Translations under genes and position numbers: made by a program
The notes under the pieces: model-generated
The model's database searches: none
What the model was told of the DNA's origin: nothing
Seen by the model: only the letters and a program-made list of their open reading frames with translations
Source of the DNA: Bacteroidales bacterium
Lineage (GTDB): Bacteria; Bacteroidota; Bacteroidia; Bacteroidales; F082
Direction of reading: 5' to 3'
DNA: 32,000 bases
Assembly (NCBI GenBank): GCA_028277395.1
Contig: JANQGJ010000046.1
Span: forward strand, 1-32,000
Shown here: piece after piece, positions 18,701 through 29,498 of the stretch
How positions within the stretch are numbered: position 1 is the stretch's first letter
Layout of the letters: every line of letters starts with the position of its first letter

Positions 18701-19339
18701 TATACTGTAATTATCACCTGCATCCTTATCACCGGTTCCAATGTAAATAATATCAGTATTGTCGGGATCAATTGCAATTGCCGAAACACCTAATACCGGC
18801 TGGTTATCAGTTAGTGGAGTCCAGTTGGCCCCTTCGTCAGTAGTTTTCCATAAACCTCCTGATGGAGAACCAATATATATTATATTTGGATCATACGGAT
18901 CAAGGGCAATAACATTAATTCTGCCAATCCCAGGATTCCAGTGTCCGGTTACGTTCAATGAAGTGCTTGGCCCCAGTGGTGTCCATCCACTACGACTGCT
19001 ACTTATACTTCCCGGATAATTTTCTTTAAACTTTGTTATTTCATCCCATACCTGTGAATGCTGAATCCTGTTTCCGGTAGGATATACCCTTTGTTCTGTG
19101 TAATATTCCCACCTTTTGTACTGTTTCCATCCACTTCCTTTTCCCGTTGAATGTGACTCAAAATATTTATTTGCAGCTTTTTGTACATCGTAAAAATTCA
19201 CATTTAAGTCCTTCATCATTTTTACCCACTCAGGTGTATGCTCTATATCCTGATTACCCGATGAACTCTGCGCAGTTCCTGATGTACCAGTAGCCATGAT
19301 CAAAATATTGACAAGTACAATTAACTTTAAAAATCTCAT
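15758..19339 (-). CDS. Large secreted BNR/Asp-box beta-propeller protein with PKD domains, a MAM/choice-of-anchor-J-like domain and a T9SS C-terminal sorting domain
   Basis: About ten Asp-box motifs (STDGGTTW, TTDAGDTW, SVDGGDNF, STDGASTW, TTNGGESW, SYDAGISW and others). Two PKD-like modules (VKLVVTNSLGADS, ITLTTTNAVGSTT). The Por_Secre_tail-like end reads IIPNPSNGIFDI...GIYFVEIISNNSKTVKKIIIR. I set the start at M31 of the listed ORF because it opens the signal peptide MRFLKLIVLVNILIMATGTSGTAQS and a -7 box lies inside the longer ORF. Confidence 0.85.
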   Translation of the reverse strand: MRFLKLIVLVNILIMATGTSGTAQSSSGNQDIEHTPEWVKMMKDLNVNFYDVQKAANKYFESHSTGKGSGWKQYKRWEYYTEQRVYPTGNRIQHSQVWDEITKFKENYPGSISSSRSGWTPLGPSTSLNVTGHWNPGIGRINVIALDPYDPNIIYIGSPSGGLWKTTDEGANWTPLTDNQPVLGVSAIAIDPDNTDIIYIGTGDKDAGDNYSIGVLKSTDGGTTWNITGLDWTINQNRTIAKLLINPDNPDILFAATTDGVYRTTDAGDTWTKLLNGDIDDMEFKPDDPNTIYAITRKFYKSVDGGDNFTETTGLPTGSRAQIAVTNDNPDYVYYFSSATGIYRSEDSGDSFSMRSSQPNQGSQSWYDLAFCVSHEDAEEVHLGEINTWKSATGGTSWTKTTDWTWGNPIGYTHCDIHEMVFYGGTLYVGSDGLISKSTDGASTWTNLTEGISIRQFYKIGTSKNDPYKILGGSQDNGTSVYTNDHWHEWLGADGMECVVDYTNSNIVYGTSQNGSFYKSISGGSYGGVNISQPGGGNWVTPFVIHPTDPSTLFVGSSEIKKTTNGMSSWTTISNFGMGYLDNLAIAESNGDYLYTSKGSIIYKTTNGGESWANISDGLPDHSISYIAVHPENPEIIAVSLSGFTNGEKVYISYDAGISWENYSINLPNLPANCVAFSMGALNPLYVGMDVGVYYIDGGLTEWTSFNDNLPNVIVNELEINHDAKLIRAATYGRGLWEADLIMYAPVADFEAEQTTIPIGCGNSYTSLSQGPPETFVWTFEGGTPENSTEANPTGIVYDNAGTYYVKLVVTNSLGADSITKEEYITVSSTLLPVTDFSASDSVACSNKIVELYDESQHCPNSWNWEFEPDNVTFTGGTNASSQNPTVIFEPGLYTITLTTTNAVGSTTMTKTDYINSGGIQVPFEENFEANNLRDLGWTIENPDEDITWEIVDVVGTLPGSKAPWVNFIDYSGFGERDRMISPTLNFSGMTNLKLMFDHAYAQRAYQKDSLIVYISDDCGDNWERIYANGPDGTGVFATSLSTLDSFIPQSSEDWCGEGYGSDCNIIDISEWDGSSNVRIMFETYCHYGNNLYIDNILISNNVGINNRLTENENIAIIPNPSNGIFDIVIGETKGSVTLNIINTKGQTLMSEQYVLKGNVLTEQIDISDQPDGIYFVEIISNNSKTVKKIIIR

Positions 19340-19383
19340 GCTCTCAAATTTGATAATTAAACTATTATAATTATTACAAGAGC

Positions 19384-19391
19384 CAAAAGTA
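19384..19391 (-). promoter_or_regulatory. Candidate -7 promoter box (TActTTTG) for the T9SS cargo gene
   Basis: The minus strand reads TACTTTTG, 45 nt upstream of the ATG at 19339. Confidence 0.35.
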
Positions 19392-19627
19392 AAGTTAAAA
19401 GTTGCACGCTGCCACAACAAAATTCCCATGTATTAAATCAATCAGTTGATTGTCATTGTAAGGTGTTGAGAAGCAGTATAAAAGCATGTTTGTCCAATTA
19501 TGGAAAAAATATTAATTCTAAATAATATTTAAATATAAGATGTTAAAAATCTGTAAGGTTCAATACAAGAAATGTACTACCATCCCAAAACTAAAGCGAT
19601 ATTGTAATTACATGATTTTTTGATAAG

Positions 19628-20941
19628 CTAATCTTCCGGTTTAAGAGGCCCATCTAGAAGAACAGCAACAACAGTCATATTTTCATCAAGAACAGAACCA
19701 GGGATATCAATAAAAACCAATCCGGGCTTATCGCTCCAATATGGTTTTAAATATATACTATAATCCAGTTTGGTTCCGTTACCAACAACCCATATCCTGT
19801 TTATGTCATTATTTATCCCCTTAAGCATTATCTGACCATTCGGTTTATAGGGTAAAAACAGGTAAACAATGGTACTGTCAGCTGAAATTGTTGAAGGTCC
19901 GTAGAAATATCCGGGGGGTAAACCTGCATTTGTTTTATAAATTGCAGTCTCATGTTTTGAAATCCATCTGCCAAGCTCCTTTAATACTCTTTGCTGTTCA
20001 TAAGGAATGGTGCCATCAGCTTTTGGCGCAATATCAAGTAACAGATTACCTCCCATCCATAAGCATTGTGCAAATATGTTGATTATCTGGTCAATCGACT
20101 TATAATTTTTATCGTTAGGCTGGTATCCCCATGAATCATTTATTGTCATACAAAGTTCCCAGTAATCGTCTTGTGGTTTTGTAACAGGGAGACCCTGCTC
20201 CGGTGTTGCGTAGTCTCCGTAACCCTGTAAACGGGAGTTTATTATAATATTTCCATTTTTCTCTAAAAGAAGGTTTCTGATCTCTTTTGCCCTCCACATT
20301 TCATCTGTTTGCTCCCAATCGCCATCAAACCAAACCAGGTCAGGATTGTAAATATCAGATATTTCACCAATCTGTCCAAGATTGAATTTTGTAAATCTTT
20401 CCCATCTTATACTGTCATCTAAATATCTCTTCTTATTTCTGGTAAAATTAGGGTAGTCAGGATGTGACCAGTCTAATAATGAATAGTATAACCCAACTTT
20501 GATTTTGTTCTTTCGGAGTGCCTTACAAAACGGTGCTACAAGATCTTTTCCTGCCGGGGTATTGTTAACAACATTTAGATCACCGAAATCCGACTTCCAC
20601 AGAGCCACACCATCATGGTGCTTGGTAGTTAGAACAGCATATTTTGCACCACTATTTTTAATTAATTCTGCCCATTCATCAGGTTTATAACTTGAAGCAT
20701 CGAATCCATCCAGTTGTTTCATATAATCATAATGAGTAATATAATCATTAAAGAACGACCATGACTCATCAATGCCAGCTACAGAATAAATTCCCCAATG
20801 AATAAATATTCCAAGTTTTGCATCCCTGAACCATTGCATCCTGTTTTGGTTAACAATTGATGTATCAGAGGTTTGCGGGTACATTAATGCCGGCAGAATA
20901 AGCAATGATATCAATAAAAATGTAAGTTTGATTTTAGACAT
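19628..20941 (-). CDS. Alpha-L-fucosidase (GH29), secreted
   Basis: 437-aa ORF with a signal peptide. GH29-typical LGIFIHWGIYSV, TKHHDG and PDLVWFDGDWE. Confidence 0.9.
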   Translation of the reverse strand: MSKIKLTFLLISLLILPALMYPQTSDTSIVNQNRMQWFRDAKLGIFIHWGIYSVAGIDESWSFFNDYITHYDYMKQLDGFDASSYKPDEWAELIKNSGAKYAVLTTKHHDGVALWKSDFGDLNVVNNTPAGKDLVAPFCKALRKNKIKVGLYYSLLDWSHPDYPNFTRNKKRYLDDSIRWERFTKFNLGQIGEISDIYNPDLVWFDGDWEQTDEMWRAKEIRNLLLEKNGNIIINSRLQGYGDYATPEQGLPVTKPQDDYWELCMTINDSWGYQPNDKNYKSIDQIINIFAQCLWMGGNLLLDIAPKADGTIPYEQQRVLKELGRWISKHETAIYKTNAGLPPGYFYGPSTISADSTIVYLFLPYKPNGQIMLKGINNDINRIWVVGNGTKLDYSIYLKPYWSDKPGLVFIDIPGSVLDENMTVVAVLLDGPLKPED

Positions 20942-21002
20942 GTTTTCATAAATTAATTATTGCCAAAGTAACAAAAAATGTAAACGGGTTCATAACTCTG
21001 TG

Positions 21003-21010
21003 TATATTTG
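21003..21010 (+). promoter_or_regulatory. Candidate -7 promoter box (TAtaTTTG) of the GH63-fusion-GH2 operon
   Basis: TATATTTG, 58 nt upstream of the ATG at 21068. Confidence 0.4.
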
Positions 21011-21019
21011 CAAAGAGGT

Positions 21020-21041
21020 GCTTGTTGTGATCAAAACAAGC
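21020..21041 (+). promoter_or_regulatory. 22-nt inverted repeat at the predicted 5' end of the operon transcript (operator or leader hairpin)
   Basis: GCTTGTT-gtgatcaa-AACAAGC has perfect 7-nt arms and starts 10 nt after the -7 box. Confidence 0.3.
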
Positions 21042-21067
21042 TGTAAGTATCAGAAATACAGTTAAAT

Positions 21068-23107
21068 ATGAAGGTGGGATTTAGATGCGGGTTGATTCCT
21101 GTACATATCATTATATTGATGTTAATTGGTTTATTTGCATGCAATAACAGTGTAAACAGAGATATATCACCTGGGATTTCAGCCTTCACAGATGTCCTTG
21201 ACTACAAAGCAAATCCTGATAGTCCTTACGACAGGAACTGGCTTGCCTTTTCAGATCAGGGAGCATGGTTTGCCTATGGCTTTCCTGATACCAGTGAGAA
21301 ATTAGCCGGATTTGCAGGACCATTTATTATGACTCAGGAAAATGGCATTTGGAGTAGTAAATCCCTAAGCAAATTAAAGCTAACATACACTGATTCCGGG
21401 AAGGAAGTATGTTTATCAGATTTCAAGGTAACCACAACCGGTAATTTGAGTCATTTGGAACAGAAGTTTTCAGATGATGAGATCGATATTTTGCAGTCCT
21501 TATTCTATGTATCTCCGCAAACATCCTTCTTTGTTTCAGGTATTACCAATAAAGGCAACAAACCAATACAGTTTAATGCGGAAATCACTGGTGATCTGTT
21601 GTCCGAATATCTTAATATCAGCAGTGATGAAAGCAGGGTGTATGTAGATTCTGATAAAAGTGATGCCAGAGGTACTATTCAGGTGTTTAATAATAAAATA
21701 TTATCTGTATCGTCATCAGATACAACCTATAGTTTCATTTTGCATGGTATTGAGCTTGCACCTGATTCCAGTATAGATATCCTTATTTCCCAAACTTTTA
21801 CATTCCGTGAGATGGATATTGATGAAGAACAGGACTTAATATTATCATTAACAGGTAATTATGATGAGTTCCGCCGAAACAGAGAAGGACAAAAGTTTGA
21901 TATACTTAATAAGCTAAAAGCAAAGACTTCAGGTATCTATAATTCTTCAGCATATTCAACATTACTTGCAAAATCTGTATTAACACTCCAGAACAATTGG
22001 AGGGTGCCGGCAGGAGAATTAAGATACAGCGGGTTATTTCCAAGTTATCATTACATTTGGTTTCACGGATTCTGGGCCTGGGACAGTTGGAAACATGCTG
22101 TTGCTCTAACGTTGTATGATCCGGTACTGGCAAAAGATCAAATCAGGGCTATGTATGATTTTATGGATGATAAGGGTTTTATTGCAGATTGTATTTACCG
22201 CGATACCACCATCGAAAATCATAATTATCGTAATACGAAACCTCCATTGTCGGCATGGGCCGTATGGAAAGTATTCGAAAGTGATTATGATACATCATTC
22301 CTACAGGAAATGTATCCCAAAATTCTTAAACAGCATAACTGGTGGTATAAGCATAGAGATCATGATAGCGACGGATTATGTGAATATGGTTCGTCCGATG
22401 GAACTCTGATTGCTGCCAAATGGGAAAGCGGAATGGATAATGCCGTGAGATTTGACAATAGTAAGCTCCTGAAAAATTCTGAAAATGCATACTCACTTGA
22501 TCAGGAAAGTGTTGATCTGAATAGCTACCTGTATGCTGAAAAACTCTACATCAGGTCGATAGCATCAATACTTGGAAAAGAAATTGATGCAGATAAATTT
22601 GGTATTCAGGCCAAAGATCTTGGTTATATGATCAGAAACCAGTTTTATGATAGCATTTCAGGATGGTTCTTTGATACTTCCATTAATGGCAAAAATTTCA
22701 CTGGAGATATGGGTTGTGAAGGATGGATTCCATTATGGGCAGAAGTTGCTGACAAAGGTCAGGCAGAAAATGTTATGAAAAACATGATGGATACATTACA
22801 TTTTAATACATGTGTTCCGCTTCAAACACTTTCTGCTTCACATAGCAAATTTAAACCTGACCGGGGATACTGGCGAGGTCCGACATGGCTTGATCAGGCT
22901 TATTTTGGTGTGTGTGGATTAAGATACTTTGGATTTGATATGGAAGCTGACAGTTTGACAATGAAATTATTGCATAATGCTGAAGGACTTCTGGAAAAAG
23001 GATCATCCATAAGAGAAAACTATAATCCTATAACAGGAGAAGGACTGGAATCAGAGAACTTTAGCTGGTCAGCAGCCCATTATTTATTGCTATTAACAGA
23101 AAATTAA
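21068..23107 (+). CDS. Clan GH-G (GH63/GH37-like) (alpha/alpha)6-barrel glycosidase lipoprotein, probable alpha-glucosidase
   Basis: 679-aa ORF with a lipoprotein signal (LIGLFAC|NN). C-terminal catalytic-domain motifs: FHGFWAWDSWKHA, WESGMDNAVRFD, YWRGPTWLDQAYF, RENYNPITGE. I cannot separate GH63 from GH37 by eye. Confidence 0.8.
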   Translation: MKVGFRCGLIPVHIIILMLIGLFACNNSVNRDISPGISAFTDVLDYKANPDSPYDRNWLAFSDQGAWFAYGFPDTSEKLAGFAGPFIMTQENGIWSSKSLSKLKLTYTDSGKEVCLSDFKVTTTGNLSHLEQKFSDDEIDILQSLFYVSPQTSFFVSGITNKGNKPIQFNAEITGDLLSEYLNISSDESRVYVDSDKSDARGTIQVFNNKILSVSSSDTTYSFILHGIELAPDSSIDILISQTFTFREMDIDEEQDLILSLTGNYDEFRRNREGQKFDILNKLKAKTSGIYNSSAYSTLLAKSVLTLQNNWRVPAGELRYSGLFPSYHYIWFHGFWAWDSWKHAVALTLYDPVLAKDQIRAMYDFMDDKGFIADCIYRDTTIENHNYRNTKPPLSAWAVWKVFESDYDTSFLQEMYPKILKQHNWWYKHRDHDSDGLCEYGSSDGTLIAAKWESGMDNAVRFDNSKLLKNSENAYSLDQESVDLNSYLYAEKLYIRSIASILGKEIDADKFGIQAKDLGYMIRNQFYDSISGWFFDTSINGKNFTGDMGCEGWIPLWAEVADKGQAENVMKNMMDTLHFNTCVPLQTLSASHSKFKPDRGYWRGPTWLDQAYFGVCGLRYFGFDMEADSLTMKLLHNAEGLLEKGSSIRENYNPITGEGLESENFSWSAAHYLLLLTEN

Positions 23108-23108
23108 G

Positions 23109-26100
23109 ATGAACAACGAGTATAAAGAATCACAGATCAGTAATCAGGAAGCTGTTAAGCTTGTAAAAGAGTTTTATAATATTTCAGGTATTGCCACAAG
23201 AATGCCTGGTGAAATAGACATTAATTTTAAAATTATGTCAGAAAACTCAGAATTCTTGATGAAAGTAAGTCGTACCGATATCAATACAGAGTTTTTGGAT
23301 TTCCAGCAAAACATTCTTCAACATGTTTCGAATAGCGCAAATGTCAACATATCACCTGTGTTATTACCAAATTTGGATGGTGAATTATCAACCTCGTATG
23401 TTGACATAAACAATAATACAAGAATAATCAGACTGTTAACCTGGATTCCCGGTAGACTGTGGTCATGTGTAAATCCCGTAAAAGATGAATTGCTTTATAG
23501 TCTGGGTAATAAAGCCGGAGAATTAACCTGTTCTTTACAGGATTTCGACCATCAGTATGCACATCGTGATTTTGAATGGGATATTGCAAATGTTAACTGG
23601 GTAGGAAAGTGTCTGGATCTATTCAGAGAATCGCAACGAAGTACAATTGTACACTTCCTTGAATTATTTAACTCCCGGAAAAAGGAATACTCACAACTAA
23701 GAAAAAGTGTAGTTCACAACGACGTTAATGATAATAATATAGTTGTAAATGAAAATCTTGTTTCACCTGAAGTTGTTTCAATAATTGATTTTGGTGATTC
23801 CATCCATACACAAACAATTAATGATCTGGCCATAACACTTGCTTATGCTTTAATGGGCAAAGAGGATTTGCTGTCTGCCGCTATTCCTGTTATTAAAGGA
23901 TATAACGAAAAGTTTCCTGTTTTGGAGAATGAGCTCGAGCATTTGTATACATTAGTGGCTGCAAGATTGTTGATAAGTGTAACCAAATCAGCAATTAATA
24001 AACGTAATGAACCAGATAATAAGTATTTGGTGATTAGCGAGAAGCCGGCCTGGGAGGTACTTGAAAAATGGATAGCTATAAATGAAAGTTATGCATTTTA
24101 TAATTTTCGATTTGCCTGTGGTCTCGAACCTCATCCGGATAAACGATCGTTTGTAGATTTTACCCAAAAACAAAACATATCACTGATTGAATTATTCCCA
24201 ACTATTGGAACAAACCTGGTATGTAATGTTAAAATGAGTGTTGACAGTACATGGCTTGGACATGAAACCGAATATAACAATAACGATATAATTGCATTTA
24301 AACTGGATCAACTTTCTAAACTCAATCCTGCATCAATAATTGCCGGAGGATATTTGGAACCGAGACCTATTTATGTTACAGAGGCATATAAAGCTGAAGG
24401 CAATAACGGACCAAAATACAGAAGTGTACATTTAGGGGTTGATTTCTGGCTGCCGGCTGGTACTCCTGTCCATGCATTATTTGACAGTAAGGTTGTGATC
24501 GCTGTTAATGATGCGGGTGATAAGGAATATGGTGGATTGATTGTACTGGAACATAGTGTTGATAATATTAAATTTTACACATTGTACGGACATCAAAGTG
24601 TGGAGAGTATTTCGAAATTCAAACCCGGAGATTCAATAAAAAAAGGAGAACACATAAGCTATCTTGGTACCCCGGACGAAAACGGGAACTGGGCAAGCCA
24701 CCTCCATTTTCAGATTATGCTTGATATGCTTGGGAATACTGATGAATTTCCGGGTGTTACCTACCCTGATGAAGTTGATATTTGGAAAAGTATATGTCCT
24801 GACCCGAATTTATTGTTTAAAAATGAAAATCTTCTTACTAAAAGTGAGGTAAGTGATTCAGATTTAGTAAGATACAGAGAAAAACATATGGGCAAAAGCC
24901 TTAGTCTATCATATTCCAGACCAATCAGGGTTGTGAGAGGATCAGGAGTATATTTACTGGACAATATGGGACGTAAATACATTGACACTGTAAACAATGT
25001 GGCCCATGTCGGACATGAGCATCACAGGGTAGTTGCAGCCGGACGGGATCAGATTTCGGTACTGAATACAAATACGAGATATTTACATGAAAATATAATA
25101 GAATTTGCCAGGGGATTACTATCTACTTTCCCTGAGGAATTATCAGTATGTCATTTTGTAAATTCAGGTAGTGAGGCCAATGAACTTGCACTTAGAATGG
25201 CTAAAACAGCTACCGGTGAAAAGGACATTATTGCCATTGAAGTTGGCTATCATGGTAATACAAGCGGATGCATTGATGTAAGCTCTTACAAATTTGATGG
25301 AAAAGGGGGATCAGGTGCACCTGAACATACACATATAGTGCCATTACCAGATTCATTCAGAGGAAAATACAGAGGTGATAATACTGCGGATTTGTATGCA
25401 GATCATATTCAGGAAAGGATCGATATTATCCGGTCGAAAGGTAGAAATGTAGCTGCATTTATAGCAGAAAGCATAATAAGCTGTGGGGGACAGGTTGAAC
25501 TTCCTGGTGGTTATCTGGAAAAATCCTATAGTATGGTAAAGGAAGCAGGTGGAATATGTATTGCTGACGAAGTACAGGTTGGGTGTGGGCGTGTAGGTAG
25601 TAAATTCTGGGGATTTCAGCTACACAATGTAATTCCTGATATTGTTACTATAGGAAAACCAATAGGAAACGGACACCCACTTGCCGCTGTTGTTTGTACC
25701 CGTGAAATAGCAGATAAATTTGCAAATGGAATGGAGTATTTCAATACGTTTGGCGGAAATCCTGTATCATGTGCCATTGGTAATGAAGTACTGAAAGTTA
25801 TCAAAGATGAGAAATTGCAGGAAAATGCGCTAAAAACCGGTAATTATCTCAAAAGCAATCTGAAAAATCTTAAAAAGGAATTTGCAATAATTGGAGATGT
25901 ACGTGGTCAGGGATTATTTCTTGGGTTTGAATTAGTTGATAAGGATCTAAATCCACTTACAGACAAAACATTATACCTGGCTAACCGGATGAAAGAGTTT
26001 GGAGTATTAATGAGTGTTGACGGTAAAGACAACAACGTAATAAAGATCAAACCACCAATTGTATTCTCAATGGAAAATGCCGATGAACTGACAAAAAGGC

Positions 26101-26138
26101 TGGAGTTAGTGTTTAGAGAAGATTATATGACTCAATAA
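23109..26138 (+). CDS. Tri-domain fusion: APH/hydroxylysine-kinase-like kinase + M23 metallopeptidase domain + class-III aminotransferase-like PLP phospho-lyase (ETNPPL/PHYKPL-like)
   Basis: 1009-aa ORF with no signal peptide. Kinase motifs: [10 protein letters not shown] (H203/D205) and IIDFGD (D227). M23 motifs: HLGVD (H441) and SHLHFQI (H531/H533). Aminotransferase-like motifs: [55 protein letters not shown] (Lys850, nt 25656-25658), [14 protein letters not shown]. The start lies 1 nt after the upstream stop. Confidence 0.9.
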   Translation: MNNEYKESQISNQEAVKLVKEFYNISGIATRMPGEIDINFKIMSENSEFLMKVSRTDINTEFLDFQQNILQHVSNSANVNISPVLLPNLDGELSTSYVDINNNTRIIRLLTWIPGRLWSCVNPVKDELLYSLGNKAGELTCSLQDFDHQYAHRDFEWDIANVNWVGKCLDLFRESQRSTIVHFLELFNSRKKEYSQLRKSVVHNDVNDNNIVVNENLVSPEVVSIIDFGDSIHTQTINDLAITLAYALMGKEDLLSAAIPVIKGYNEKFPVLENELEHLYTLVAARLLISVTKSAINKRNEPDNKYLVISEKPAWEVLEKWIAINESYAFYNFRFACGLEPHPDKRSFVDFTQKQNISLIELFPTIGTNLVCNVKMSVDSTWLGHETEYNNNDIIAFKLDQLSKLNPASIIAGGYLEPRPIYVTEAYKAEGNNGPKYRSVHLGVDFWLPAGTPVHALFDSKVVIAVNDAGDKEYGGLIVLEHSVDNIKFYTLYGHQSVESISKFKPGDSIKKGEHISYLGTPDENGNWASHLHFQIMLDMLGNTDEFPGVTYPDEVDIWKSICPDPNLLFKNENLLTKSEVSDSDLVRYREKHMGKSLSLSYSRPIRVVRGSGVYLLDNMGRKYIDTVNNVAHVGHEHHRVVAAGRDQISVLNTNTRYLHENIIEFARGLLSTFPEELSVCHFVNSGSEANELALRMAKTATGEKDIIAIEVGYHGNTSGCIDVSSYKFDGKGGSGAPEHTHIVPLPDSFRGKYRGDNTADLYADHIQERIDIIRSKGRNVAAFIAESIISCGGQVELPGGYLEKSYSMVKEAGGICIADEVQVGCGRVGSKFWGFQLHNVIPDIVTIGKPIGNGHPLAAVVCTREIADKFANGMEYFNTFGGNPVSCAIGNEVLKVIKDEKLQENALKTGNYLKSNLKNLKKEFAIIGDVRGQGLFLGFELVDKDLNPLTDKTLYLANRMKEFGVLMSVDGKDNNVIKIKPPIVFSMENADELTKRLELVFREDYMTQ

Positions 26139-29309
<3,171 letters not shown>

Positions 29310-29465
29310 TGTTAGAGAACCCCTAAACAATATTTAATTACATAAATGAGCTTATTTTCTCATTTTGGGACAACATGAAAGCTATGATATTAATTAAACA
29401 ATCTTTAAATCAGGCAGATAGCAAATTAATCAGCATTGGCACTTGATTTGATACGAATTCTCTGT

Positions 29466-29473
29466 TATATTTG
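29466..29473 (+). promoter_or_regulatory. Candidate -7 promoter box (TAtaTTTG) for the LruC-domain gene
   Basis: TATATTTG, 26 nt upstream of the ATG at 29499. Confidence 0.4.
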
Positions 29474-29498
29474 AATAAATTAAGAAGGGGCTCAAGAT

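Noticed and set aside
16079-19019. Several 60-92-aa ORFs on either strand inside the T9SS cargo gene (16079..16357, 16966..17181, 17224..17409, 17959..18159, 18061..18282, 18759..19019)
   Set aside because: All are nested in a 1200-aa ORF with continuous recognisable domain structure. They are shadow ORFs.
19613-19622. Perfect 10-bp palindrome TGTAATTACA just downstream of the fucosidase stop; also the inverted repeat CAATCA-gt-TGATTG at about 19439-19452
   Set aside because: Both are short AT-rich palindromes expected by chance in this composition. They have no loop to form a terminator hairpin and no second copy or positional logic.
29344-29366. Hairpin AAATGAG-cttatttt-CTCATTT after the GH2 stop, considered as the operon terminator
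   Set aside because: The stem is almost entirely A-U with only two G-C pairs, and the U-tract is consumed by the stem. That is too weak to call an intrinsic terminator.
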